Shown one piece after another: positions 1-10,200 of a stretch of DNA of 64,000 nucleotides (its first letter is position 1; every line of letters begins with the position of its first letter). The DNA is from Gammaproteobacteria bacterium. GTDB taxonomy: Bacteria; Pseudomonadota; Gammaproteobacteria; UBA4575. The notes beneath the pieces are model-generated. The model ran no database searches, was not told the DNA's origin, and worked only from the letters and a program-made list of their open reading frames with translations. The position numbers and the translations under genes were made by a program. The DNA lies in assembly GCA_045106935.1 (NCBI GenBank), contig JBGCFN010000005.1, positions 17,732 through 81,731 on the forward strand, given 5' to 3'.

Positions 1-1500
1 ATGTTTTACATGGGGCTGTTGACGCATCCAGATGGCAAACTCGTCTAAAGTTTTTAGGTATTCAGGATCACTTATACCGCCCGCTTCTTTGGCAGGGATA
101 GAAAACTCGATAGGATAAAATGCACCAAGGTGTTTAACAGCAAAATCTGTATCTGTACGAAACTTGATTGACTCGTCAAAGTATTTTGTCCAGACATCAT
201 TGAGTTGATTGGTGAATGCGATTGCAGATAAGCCTAATGCGATTGAGCCAGTGACGATCAGTATTTTTAAAGGGCGAGCAATAACAAAATTTGCAAGTTT
301 GGAAAATACGCTGCTATTTGTTGAGTGCTCAGATGCTGGCTTCACTTTCATTGGTAATAGGCTGATCAGTGCGGGCAATAAAAACAATGAAAGTGCCCAT
401 GCTCCTGCAATACCTGCCGCTGTCATATTGCCTAGATGATGAAATGGTGGAGAATCTGAAAAGTTTAATGCTAAAAAGCCTACGATGGTCGTGATGCTGG
501 TGATCGTAACCGCAAGAAAGTTGATGCGGATTGCTTCAACCAAGGCTTTGCTTTTTTCTATACCCGTACTCATTAAGTCGCGCATAGATATGAGTATGTG
601 AATACTATCTGCTATTGCCAGTGTTAATACGATAGTAGGTGCAGTTAATGAAATAGGGGTTAACTGTACAGACATTATTCCTCCCGCACCAAGAGCAACC
701 ATAGTCGATAATATGATCACGGTTAGTGTAGCAATGGTTGCGCTGAACGATCGTAGTGAGAGGAATGTGACTATTAATAAAACGCCATACATGATGGGCG
801 TTAGAGTTTTCATGTCTTTGATGCCAGACTCTGCAAATGAGTTGTTTAGCATTGATACACCGCTCAATGCGATTGTCAGGTCGGGGTAGTCTTGTTCGAT
901 GCCCATGACAATTTTGCGCGCATGAGCGGCAGCCGTGGGTACCTCAAGCAAATCTTTTTCAGGGTACTGAAGGATGACATTAACTGCAGTGGTATCAGCG
1001 TCCTCAGAAATGAGGAAATTACTAATTAAAGGTTCGGCAAGTGCAATGTCAATTTTTTTACCTAAATCTTGTTGAGAGAGCTGATTGCCATCTTTTATTA
1101 AATCTTCAACCGTTAAATCATCTTCATTTGCCCAGGTATATTGAAAGTTTGGCACAGAATCAACGCGGATGGCGTATGGAATTTGCCAGGCTTCTTGAGT
1201 GATCCGTTCAGCAACTTCAGATAATTTCCCGTCAAATCGTTTTCCATCCTCTTCTTGAATAACAAATAGAAAATTATCATTTTTAGTGTATGTTTTTTGA
1301 AAGTCTTCAAAGGCCACTAAATCGGGATTGTCTCCAGAAAAAAATGTGCGGTAGTTGGTAGCAAATTCTAAATTTTTAGCGTGGCTGAAGATGAAGCCAA
1401 CGATAATCAAGCTAATAAATATTGTCAGTAATCTATGTCTAATTACCCACTCACTCCATGTGGTGGCAAGGCTGTCAATTGCGCGTGTAAATTTATCCAC
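1..1500 (-). CDS. RND/MMPL-family exporter, N-terminal part only; the 3' end runs off the window start
   Basis: Absent from the ORF track because it is open at the window edge. My reverse-complement translation of 1441-1500 gives VDKFTRAIDSLATTWSEWVIRHR, with a GTG start at 1498-1500 right after the stop of the upstream gene. Translation of 361-480 gives AAGIAGAWALSLFLLPALIS...GFLALNFSDSPPFHHLGNMT in the same frame. Both are TM-rich and RND-like. Only short antisense ORFs compete, and the frame continues through position 1. Confidence 0.5.
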   Translation of the reverse strand, partial: MDKFTRAIDSLATTWSEWVIRHRLLTIFISLIIVGFIFSHAKNLEFATNYRTFFSGDNPDLVAFEDFQKTYTKNDNFLFVIQEEDGKRFDGKLSEVAERITQEAWQIPYAIRVDSVPNFQYTWANEDDLTVEDLIKDGNQLSQQDLGKKIDIALAEPLISNFLISEDADTTAVNVILQYPEKDLLEVPTAAAHARKIVMGIEQDYPDLTIALSGVSMLNNSFAESGIKDMKTLTPIMYGVLLIVTFLSLRSFSATIATLTVIILSTMVALGAGGIMSVQLTPISLTAPTIVLTLAIADSIHILISMRDLMSTGIEKSKALVEAIRINFLAVTITSITTIVGFLALNFSDSPPFHHLGNMTAAGIAGAWALSLFLLPALISLLPMKVKPASEHSTNSSVFSKLANFVIARPLKILIVTGSIALGLSAIAFTNQLNDVWTKYFDESIKFRTDTDFAVKHLGAFYPIEFSIPAKEAGGISDPEYLKTLDEFAIWMRQQPHVKH

Positions 1501-1521
1501 GTGTGCTCCGTTTAGTGATAT

Positions 1522-2064
1522 TTATATGAATTTTTTGAAAGCATCATCAACAGGCACATGGGTGATGTGGTTGCTGTAATTACTTAAAACTTTCTGTGAC
1601 AAACACAGGATGACTTCCAATACATTCTGCTTTGTATAACCTGCGTTATGGAACTCATGTATGGTTAATTCATCTACATGGCCACGATTTTGCACCACCG
1701 ATATTGTAAACTTTCTAAGTGTTTCTAGTTTTGGATCTGAGAGTGCTTTTTTATTTCGTACTGCAGTGATTATGTCATTATCAACATTACCAACGGTGGC
1801 CAACATTACATGGGCTGGAATACAGTAGTGGCAATCATTTTCTGTATTGATTGTCATCCATACTATATGTTGTTCGGTAGATGAAAAACTTGTTTGAGAA
1901 AATAGCTCATGTAGCATCATGTATGCTTCTAATGCGGCCGGTGCTTCTGCAATCACGGCATGAAAGTTTGGAATCATGCCAAAATTATCTTGTGCTTTTT
2001 TAAGTAATGGCTTTGAAGCGGCTGGCGCAGAATCGATTGTGTGAATTGAATATAAATCAGTCAT
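1522..2064 (-). CDS. carboxymuconolactone decarboxylase / AhpD-like family protein
   Basis: 180 aa with a CHYCIPAH (CxxC...H) AhpD-like core motif. Its stop lies 20 nt upstream of the RND start on the same strand. Confidence 0.65.
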   Translation of the reverse strand: MTDLYSIHTIDSAPAASKPLLKKAQDNFGMIPNFHAVIAEAPAALEAYMMLHELFSQTSFSSTEQHIVWMTINTENDCHYCIPAHVMLATVGNVDNDIITAVRNKKALSDPKLETLRKFTISVVQNRGHVDELTIHEFHNAGYTKQNVLEVILCLSQKVLSNYSNHITHVPVDDAFKKFI

Positions 2065-2097
2065 GATATTACCTCTTTATTAGTTGCTTTGTTTAAA

Positions 2098-2748
2098 CTA
2101 ATTATTAAGTTTAAGTTTTTGTAAATATTGAAGTAGACCGTGGGTGTATTCTGTAAAGCTCTCGGGGTTTTGTGCATTTTTAGCAATGCCTATAGCTCCT
2201 TGTGTGACAGCCATAATTAATGTTGAAATTTCATCTGCATCGACATCTTTGCTCATTTTCCCGCTTTGTTGGCTTTCCTTTAGAGCAATGGAGAGCTGCT
2301 CTCTCCATTGCGTATAAATATTCTCAATTCTGGTTCTAAATCCTTCGTCTATGGGTGACATTTCTTGGGCTAAATTGTTAATCGGACATCCATGTTTTAC
2401 AGATTCACAATCCAAATAATTTTCAGGATTGATGTACATCTCAATGATTGACTGGAGTGGGTTATCGCTACTTAGTATGGGATACCACATCTCATGTTTC
2501 ATTTTGATCAGCGTTTCATCTAGTACCGCATAGCCCAATGCTTGTTTTGTAGAAAAATGATGGTAGAAGCAGCCTTTAGAAATATTTGCTTTTTTGATGA
2601 TTTCTCCGATTGAAGATGATTGAAATCCACATCTCAATATCTCTTGTGTCGCAATATCTAAGATATTGTTTCGAGTTGAGATTGCTTGTGTTTCTCTTTC
2701 TGTAACCATTTTATCAATATACAAACCAACTGGTCGGTTTGTCAACAT
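2098..2748 (-). CDS. TetR/AcrR-family transcriptional regulator
   Basis: N-terminal HTH ILDIATQEILRCGFQSSSIGEIIKKANISKGCFYHHFSTKQAL, typical of TetR_N. It is the first gene of a minus-strand TetR, AhpD-like, RND unit. Confidence 0.8.
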   Translation of the reverse strand: MLTNRPVGLYIDKMVTERETQAISTRNNILDIATQEILRCGFQSSSIGEIIKKANISKGCFYHHFSTKQALGYAVLDETLIKMKHEMWYPILSSDNPLQSIIEMYINPENYLDCESVKHGCPINNLAQEMSPIDEGFRTRIENIYTQWREQLSIALKESQQSGKMSKDVDADEISTLIMAVTQGAIGIAKNAQNPESFTEYTHGLLQYLQKLKLNN

Positions 2749-3075
2749 GTATCATGATTTATCTAGGTCAATGTTGGCATTGTAAAAATATAATGAAGAG
2801 ATGACGTAATTATGAAAAGTGATTGATTTTTAGATAGATATAGATTGATCGATTAAGGATGAATTGATTAAAAAGATATGTGAGAGCCAGATCACAAAAT
2901 TTGACGCTTTACAGAAAGTTTAGACCAATTAGGTAAGCATTGTTTGTCGTTTATCGGATCACTTACTCAATAACCTTAGCGTAAGTATTAATGTGTCATC
3001 CAAGCTGCGCGGCATTTGATTGTCGACAATTATTATATGGAAATTAAATGATTACAATTAAGGACTTAGGCTGGT

Positions 3076-3924
3076 ATGCAGAATAAGACATTCCTAATTG
3101 GTGCTTATGGCATTGATACAAAAGATATACTTGTACTTGAACGAATATTTAAGATCACGCATGGACGAACACGATCTTATCAAGTTCAAGATGATGAGTC
3201 TCGTGCGAATATAGATATCGCAATGGTAAATGTTTCCAATAAAGAGGCGATTAAACAATGGGGGACTGAGAATTTAGATTCCAATGGTCAGCCTTCATGC
3301 CCTACTTTGTTGGTTGGAAAAGTTAAACCAAAAAATGACCGTTTTAAGTTTACGCCATTACCATTTTTTGCCACACGTGTTTTGAAATCACTAGATGAGA
3401 TTACAGTAGAAGATCTGAAATATACCCCTGAAATCAAGATCGATGATAGTGCTGGTAAAGAATTGGAATCACAGAATAGTGAAGAAGCAAATGCAACAGG
3501 CATTATTCAAAAACAAGTCATTTCTAAGACTGGTAATGACACAGTTAAAAACAATGAATCGAAAAGAGCAGTATTAGTTGTTGATGATAGTTTGCCAGTA
3601 AGGCAAGCATTAGAGATGAAATTGACGCTAATGGATTATCAGGTAGAACTTGCGACTAATGGACAGCAGGCAATGGACTTGATTGATGAAAAGTATTACG
3701 ACTCAATTTTTTTAGATGTAGTCATGCCTGGTGTTGATGGCTATGAAGTATGTAAGAAGGTTAAGCGTAATAAAAAAACGAAAAATATCCCTGTGATTAT
3801 GCTGACGAGTAAATCATCACCATTTGACAAAGTTAAAGGCAAGCTGGCCGGTTGTGATTCATATCTTACTAAGCCAGTGGAGCATGAAGAGTTTCAAAAA
3901 GTTGTATCTGGATATCTTGGGTAA
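3076..3924 (+). CDS. pilG: response regulator with roughly 150-aa N-terminal extension plus C-terminal receiver domain (PilG-like)
   Basis: C-terminal REC VLVVDDSLPVRQ...IFLDVVMPGVDGYEV...PVIMLTSK...LTKP. It is the first gene of the chemosensory operon. The N-terminal domain is unassigned. Confidence 0.6.
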   Translation: MQNKTFLIGAYGIDTKDILVLERIFKITHGRTRSYQVQDDESRANIDIAMVNVSNKEAIKQWGTENLDSNGQPSCPTLLVGKVKPKNDRFKFTPLPFFATRVLKSLDEITVEDLKYTPEIKIDDSAGKELESQNSEEANATGIIQKQVISKTGNDTVKNNESKRAVLVVDDSLPVRQALEMKLTLMDYQVELATNGQQAMDLIDEKYYDSIFLDVVMPGVDGYEVCKKVKRNKKTKNIPVIMLTSKSSPFDKVKGKLAGCDSYLTKPVEHEEFQKVVSGYLG

Positions 3925-3958
3925 TATGAGAAAGTTCGATTGTTTAGGAGAATAGCTT

Positions 3959-4321
3959 GTGACAAATAAGATCTTAGTTGTTGATGATTCGCCAACAGAT
4001 TTGCAAAACATCAAATCGATTGTGAGTAATGCTGGACATACTGTTATTACTGCATCATCTGGAAAAGAAGCAGTTATGAAAGCAAAAGAGATGCATCCCG
4101 ACATGATTTTCATGGATGTAATCATGGACAATACTGATGGGTTTGAAGCATGTCGCGAAATCATATCTGATCGTGATACAAAAAATATTCCTGTCGTATT
4201 TGTAAGTTCGAAATGTCAAAAAGCTGATCGTGTATGGGCGGAGCTACAAGGAGGTAAAGCGTTAGTTGGTAAGCCTTATACTGAAGATGAAATCGTCAGC
4301 CAGATTAATCAGTTTAGTTAG
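3959..4321 (+). CDS. pilH: single-domain CheY-like response regulator (PilH-like)
   Basis: 120 aa, KILVVDDSPTDL...MIFMDVIMDNTDGFE...VVFVSSK...VGKP. Confidence 0.75.
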   Translation: MTNKILVVDDSPTDLQNIKSIVSNAGHTVITASSGKEAVMKAKEMHPDMIFMDVIMDNTDGFEACREIISDRDTKNIPVVFVSSKCQKADRVWAELQGGKALVGKPYTEDEIVSQINQFS

Positions 4322-4332
4322 AAGACGCTGTT

Positions 4333-4875
4333 ATGGAGAATGCCGATCTTTCAAAAAATGCTTTCCTATCAATGGGGAAGAAGACGTTAGACGAATCTTT
4401 AGTTATTCCATTGGATGGTTATGATGAAGATCTAGATGCTGAGCGAGGCAAGAAACGATTTTATGGGTTTAAATTACATAACATTCAACTGTTACTAGAA
4501 TCGGATATACGTAGTGAGGTGATCAATGACGCAGTCATTACGCCGTTACCTTTTATGCCTTCATTTATTACAGGTTTATGCAATGTCAGAGGAAATTTAG
4601 TACCTGTATATGATATGCATGAAAAATATAATTTAGAAAAGCCTGCCTCAGATTTAACTGATAAAAAAATATTGGTATTGGATGAAAATGAACATATGGC
4701 AGGTATAGAAATACATGACATGGTGGTTCCGCTTGAATTTGATGAGCAGGATATTCAGAGGGAAACTTTCTCTGATAATGACCAGTTGAATCAATGTATT
4801 TCATATAGTTACCAATTAAATGGAAGTGCTTGGTTCGGTTTAGACTATAAAAAGCTATTTAATATAGATGATTAG
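4333..4875 (+). CDS. pilI: CheW-like coupling protein (PilI-like)
   Basis: 180 aa with a CheW-domain pattern (GLCNVRGNLVPVYD...ILVLDENEHMAGIEIHD). It sits between the CheY-like gene and the MCP. Confidence 0.7.
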   Translation: MENADLSKNAFLSMGKKTLDESLVIPLDGYDEDLDAERGKKRFYGFKLHNIQLLLESDIRSEVINDAVITPLPFMPSFITGLCNVRGNLVPVYDMHEKYNLEKPASDLTDKKILVLDENEHMAGIEIHDMVVPLEFDEQDIQRETFSDNDQLNQCISYSYQLNGSAWFGLDYKKLFNIDD

Positions 4876-4912
4876 CGCGCCGAAAATTAATTAAGGATAT
4901 TTAAAGAGGTAG

Positions 4913-7171
4913 TTGAGTATGATTAATTTTGCGTTACTGGATAACTTGAAAATTAAAGGTAAGCTAGTGGCATTGTTTACAGCAGTGCTTGTTGGTTTCG
5001 TTGTCTTGGGTGTTACTTATTGGTTGGAAGTGAAAGCAAATAATACTGCGGCCAGCCGATCAAGTGCGTTTATTCAATATGAGTCATTGTCTAACCAGGC
5101 ACAGAAAAACTATCTTAAAATGAGAAAGTATGAGACTGATTTTGCGTTAAATATTTCAGGTGATTCGGGTCAAACATATAATGACGCACCGTTGGAACGT
5201 CATAAGCAACACACCCTTGAGCTAGAAGGTATTATGGTGAAATTGACGTCTGCTGCAGAGCAAGTCGATGTGTTTTCTCAGGATGTTGCTTCCAGTGCAG
5301 AAGTTGCTGATACAGATGATTACGTTCGCAACTTGGTAGCACAAGCTGCCGATGTAACTGCCAATTATAAAGATTCATTTGCGGATATTGCTAAATTCCA
5401 AAGACTAGTAGGTTTTACCGAGAATGATGGTCTAAGAAATATTGCAAATAAAAAATATGATCAATTAGATAAGAGTGTTGCTAGAACAGCTGATGCAACA
5501 TTAGCCGCATATATGCAGCTGATGCGCGAGAGCCAAGGAAGAATTATTCGTTCAACCGATTTGACTGCTTCTCATGAAGCTCTTAAAGAGGCTAGTAATA
5601 ATTTTAAAAACTATTTAAAGATCTCTGATACTAGTTCGGATGAGCGAATCAGCATGAATACTTATGTTGATCAATACGTCTCAAGTATTAATTCAATTGT
5701 ATCTAACAAGCGTAGAGCAAATCAATACACGGAACTGTATGACTTTATGTTAGGGCCAATTTTTGACGAAATGGGGCAGTCTGCTCAGAATCGTATAGAT
5801 CAAAATTCAGTGGCTCTGGCTAAACAGACAAATAGATTGAAAACAGTGTTTATTTCAACAATTGTCATTGTTGCCGCTTTACTGTCAGCAATTTTATTTA
5901 TGTTTGGTAGAAGTATTGCTAAGCCCATTCAATCTTTACAGTCGACTATCCATCAAGTTAACCAAGGTCGACTAGACGCACGAAGCAAAATGTCTCGTGA
6001 AGATGAGCTTGGAGAGCTTTCTGATGCATTTGATACTTTGTTAGATGAAAAGGTCGCACAGCTATCTGGTGCGGAGAAAGAGAACGACCAATTGAATGAA
6101 TCGATTGTAGAGCTTCTAAAATCTGTTGCGCAATTAAGTAAAAAAGATTTTACGGTACGTGTCCCAGTTGCTGAGGATGTCACAGGAGCTGTTGGTGACT
6201 CATTGAATTTATTAGCTAAAGAGACAGGTGATGCACTTAATGAAGTTCGTACAATTTCAATGAAAGTAGCCAAAGTATCTATGCAGGTTAAAGACCAAAC
6301 CAAAATGGTGATGGGTGAGACGCGTAAAGAAAGAAAACAAGCGGAAAGTGCAATGAGTGAAATTCGTGTAGCAACGACTGCTATGCAAAAAATATCAAGC
6401 GACGCACAGCAAGCTAATAAACAGGCTGATGCTGCATTTGGTAATACACAAGTGGCACTGGATACAGTAAATGAATCTGTTCAAGGCATTAATAGTATAC
6501 GTGACACTATTAGTGAGACAGAAAAACGAATTAAACGTTTAGGTGAACGATCTCAGGAAATTACTGGCATTGTGAACTTGATTAACAGTATTTCTGAGCG
6601 TACTCACATACTTGCATTGAATGCGAGTATGCATGCTGCATCTGCGGGTGAGGCTGGACGTGGCTTTGCTGTCGTTGCTGATGAAGTCCAGCGACTTGCA
6701 GAGAATGCTCGTGAAGCCACCAAGGAAATTGGAACTTTAGTTAATAATATTCAGGTTGAAACAGGTGATACGGTTGTTGCTATGAATGATGTGATCACTC
6801 AAGTGGCTAAGGGAACTGAGTTGGCAGGTAAGGCAGAGAATGCAATGTTAATGACTCAGGCATCGACAAAAGAACTAGTGGATGCGGTTGATTTAATTGC
6901 TCATAGCTCTAAGTCTCAAGCTAAAGCTACCAACGGTCTATTGGATCAAGCGAACGAGATTGTGGAAAGTACAAGACAGACCGATAGACATATGAAGCAA
7001 CAGTCAGTTAATACTGAATTGCTTGGTCGTTACTCGAAAGGGTTAGTAGAGACGGTTAGTGAGTTTAGACTTTCATCTGAATATCAACAAGAATCTTCTG
7101 TGATTGAAACCACTTCAGTCGATGAACTTGATGAAGAGTTAGATGTGGATCTCATGGTAAGTAATCAATAG
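4913..7171 (+). CDS. pilJ: methyl-accepting chemotaxis protein (PilJ-like)
   Basis: N-terminal TM, a periplasmic region, a second TM plus HAMP, and the highly conserved MCP signalling motif [34 protein letters not shown]. Confidence 0.85.
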   Translation: MSMINFALLDNLKIKGKLVALFTAVLVGFVVLGVTYWLEVKANNTAASRSSAFIQYESLSNQAQKNYLKMRKYETDFALNISGDSGQTYNDAPLERHKQHTLELEGIMVKLTSAAEQVDVFSQDVASSAEVADTDDYVRNLVAQAADVTANYKDSFADIAKFQRLVGFTENDGLRNIANKKYDQLDKSVARTADATLAAYMQLMRESQGRIIRSTDLTASHEALKEASNNFKNYLKISDTSSDERISMNTYVDQYVSSINSIVSNKRRANQYTELYDFMLGPIFDEMGQSAQNRIDQNSVALAKQTNRLKTVFISTIVIVAALLSAILFMFGRSIAKPIQSLQSTIHQVNQGRLDARSKMSREDELGELSDAFDTLLDEKVAQLSGAEKENDQLNESIVELLKSVAQLSKKDFTVRVPVAEDVTGAVGDSLNLLAKETGDALNEVRTISMKVAKVSMQVKDQTKMVMGETRKERKQAESAMSEIRVATTAMQKISSDAQQANKQADAAFGNTQVALDTVNESVQGINSIRDTISETEKRIKRLGERSQEITGIVNLINSISERTHILALNASMHAASAGEAGRGFAVVADEVQRLAENAREATKEIGTLVNNIQVETGDTVVAMNDVITQVAKGTELAGKAENAMLMTQASTKELVDAVDLIAHSSKSQAKATNGLLDQANEIVESTRQTDRHMKQQSVNTELLGRYSKGLVETVSEFRLSSEYQQESSVIETTSVDELDEELDVDLMVSNQ

Positions 7172-7220
7172 CTCTAAAAGTATTGCATACATTTAAATTG
7201 AACCAAGGAAGACCATTTAA

Positions 7221-10200
7221 ATGCAAAAGATAGATCAAGAGAAGCTATCGGAATTCACAAGCGAGCTGTCAACATTTCAAACTGAGGCATCTAAAACTGC
7301 CTCAATTGATGTGTATGATCGTTTTACGATTAGCAAATTAGAAGATCACGTAGTTGATCTTTGTCAGTTATCTATAGATGCTTCTCATTCAGGCCTCCAA
7401 TATTTGTGTGAGCGTCTGCGAGATAATATTCGTGACCATTTTATTACGGGCACAAATATATCTAATGATGAATTTTCGTTAATGACAGAATGGAAAAGCT
7501 TGGTCAAAGCGTATTTGATCGATAACGAAAATGAACAAATTGTTAATGCGTTAGCAAGAAATCTATCGAAATCTGCTTGGACATATCCTTTGAATTCAAA
7601 TGATACAGAAGATGTGATCTCTGTTTTATTGGGCCGATCAACTTTGAATGAAAATGATGATTTTACATCTAGCCAGGAGCCTAGCAATGAAGAGGTAAGC
7701 TCTTTTGATGCATTAATGGAAGAGTCAAATACTAGTCTTGCTGATGTTTTTGAGTCTCTTGGTGAAGATGATAATGAAGATGAGAGTGAGATTAGTCCTT
7801 TTGAGGATGACGAATCTTCGATTGCAGCATTCTTTGAAGAAGATGATTCCTTTGAAGCGTCTAAGATAATAGAAAATGAACTAAATAGTCGCCTGAATGA
7901 GAATCACGCAATAACATCTGATAACAATGAGCTGCCTGCAGTGGGTGACCCGGTGGCTGATTCATTCGCTAATGATCTGTCTTCAGAAAACTCTCCCATT
8001 GAAAAAGTTGAAGTCTCTAAGCAAGAGCTTGAAGACATTGAGAAAAGTGTTCCCGAGACAGTCGCAGACGAGTTGTTTGTCGCCGATGAGCATGCACATG
8101 AGTCTGACTACAATGAAGAATTCGATAAAGATTTATCAAGTGCAGAAGAGGCGTTAGCCGAGACTGCCGATTCTTCCATTGAAAAAGTTGAAGTGTCTAA
8201 GCAAGAGCTTGAAGATATTGAGAAAAGTACTGCTATGTCTGTGGCAGATGAGTTGTATGTTGCAGATAAAAGCGACAATGAATTATCTTTTGATTCTCCG
8301 GATTCATCAATTGATGAAATTGAAGAAATCGATCAAGTACATGAAGATGACAGTGAAGTTGTTGTAGGGCTAAATACTGAAGAAATCAATGTTAATGATA
8401 TCAGTGATGATAATCATGAAAAAAATCAGTCTGCTGAAGATGAGCCTGAGACTGTTTATATGCAGCCTGTTAATCAAAAACCTGAAGCTTCTAGAAGTGT
8501 TATTGAATCATACATGGGTGCTATCTCCAATAAAGGTAACAATACCTCTGAAAAAGAAAAACAACCCGAGATAGAAGTATCGTCTAAGGATGATAATCAG
8601 GAAGATATTGTTGCTCGAGTTGAAGAATCATCAGTAGAAGAAGATAGTAATTCTGAATTGTCACAGCAAAAGCCATCAGAAGGAAATCTGTTAAACGCTC
8701 AAGCTGTTGAGCCAGTGAGTACCAAGACTGAAGCGCCTAGAAGTATTATTGAAGCATATGTTGGTGTTATTGCCGATAAGATTCGTGGCAATAAACCAAA
8801 AGAGCTCGAGAGAGCGCTGATACAAGATGCGCCTAAGCCTGTACCTATACAGAAGTTGGAGCCGGTTGATAGTATCTTACTAAAATATCCAGATTGGAGC
8901 GAAGAGCAGAAAGAACTTCTGAGTTTAATTCTTTCTGAAGTGCATGATGTCATTGACCAGCAAGATGAGGTATTAAGTGTTCTGCATCAAGAGAAGATTG
9001 TTGAGCAAGATGTGTTGGATATGATTGCACTGTATTCTGAGCAAATTGAGCGCATGGGATCAGCAGCTGAAATGGTAGGCTTGGATGCTCTCCAAAAATT
9101 ATGCGAATTAATTGATTTTCATTTTGGTGATTTAGAGAAATCAAGCATTGAAATGATTGTCAGCTCTGAGCAGCGAATTAGGAAATGGCCATTTATTGTC
9201 TATGAGTATCTAAAAAATATTCAAAATGAAAAATCACATCAAGAAGCGATTGACTATATATCAGATGATGATTGGGCTAGAACAATACGAGAAGACATCA
9301 AATCAGATTTAAAAGAAGCGTTTGCTCATTCAACAATTCACATAGAGAAAACAGAAGAAGATCGACGTAATACTGAAGCTTCCCCGCAAGATGTTGATAT
9401 TTCTGTTCCAGAAGATGTGCAAGCGGAATTGCTTGATGGGCTATTACAAGAATTACCTCGTCAAACAGAAGAGTTTTCTGAAGCGATACAACAGTTAATT
9501 AAAAGTGACTATATAAATCAATTAGAAGTTGCTCAACGTATCGCGCATACAATTAAAGGGGCAGCTAACACGGTGGGTATTGTCGGTGTAGCAACCCTGA
9601 CGCATCATCTTGAAGATATTCTCCAGGCGTTATCTAAAGTGCAAGCCAAGCCTAGTGGTGATCTTCATGCTGGGTTGATTGACGCATCTGATTGTTTGGA
9701 ACAAATGACAGAATGTTTGTTAGGTCAAGGCGACCAGCCGGAAGACGCACTTCAAATAATGCAGGTGGTTCTTGATTGGGCAAACTATATTGATGAATTT
9801 GGTGTGCCAGAAGATGATGCTGACAAGTCAGTGCCTGCGACTAATGTGGAACAATCTGTTCAAGATCAGAAAGTTGATGTTGAAGAAAATAAAAGCAAAG
9901 CAAAACCATCTCAGGATGCTTCTTTGCGTGTTCCAGCAAATATGATTGATGAATTGATTAATCAGTCGGGCGAAAGCATTATTGCTACGTCTCAAATGCA
10001 TGAGAATGTAGATAAATTGTTAGCGAGTATGCGTGACATTAAGAAAAATAAAGATAACGTATATTCTTTGTCTCAACAATTAGAGCACCTCATAGATGTT
10101 CAAGGCGCAAGTGATAAGTTTTCAAATAATAAAGAAGATGAAAAATTTGATTCATTAGAGCTGGACCAATATAACGAATTGCACACATATTCTAGGCGGT

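Noticed and set aside
209-1579. Plus-strand ORFs 209..439 and 1355..1579, and the minus-strand ORF 1113..1310
   Set aside because: They are antisense or out of frame relative to a continuous RND-like reading frame that I translated on the minus strand. They are short with no recognisable motifs, so probably spurious.
7994-8270. Direct repeats considered as CRISPR-like or tandem-repeat locus
   Set aside because: The repeats are in-frame coding sequence of chpA with protein-level periodicity, so they are not a non-coding array.
7385-9144. Cluster of 60-100 aa ORFs on both strands inside chpA (7385..7687, 7927..8157, 8179..8367, 8389..8574, 8699..9144)
   Set aside because: They lie within the acidic repeat linker of a 1499-aa gene with clear CheA-family motifs. 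Low-complexity repeats generate open frames by chance.
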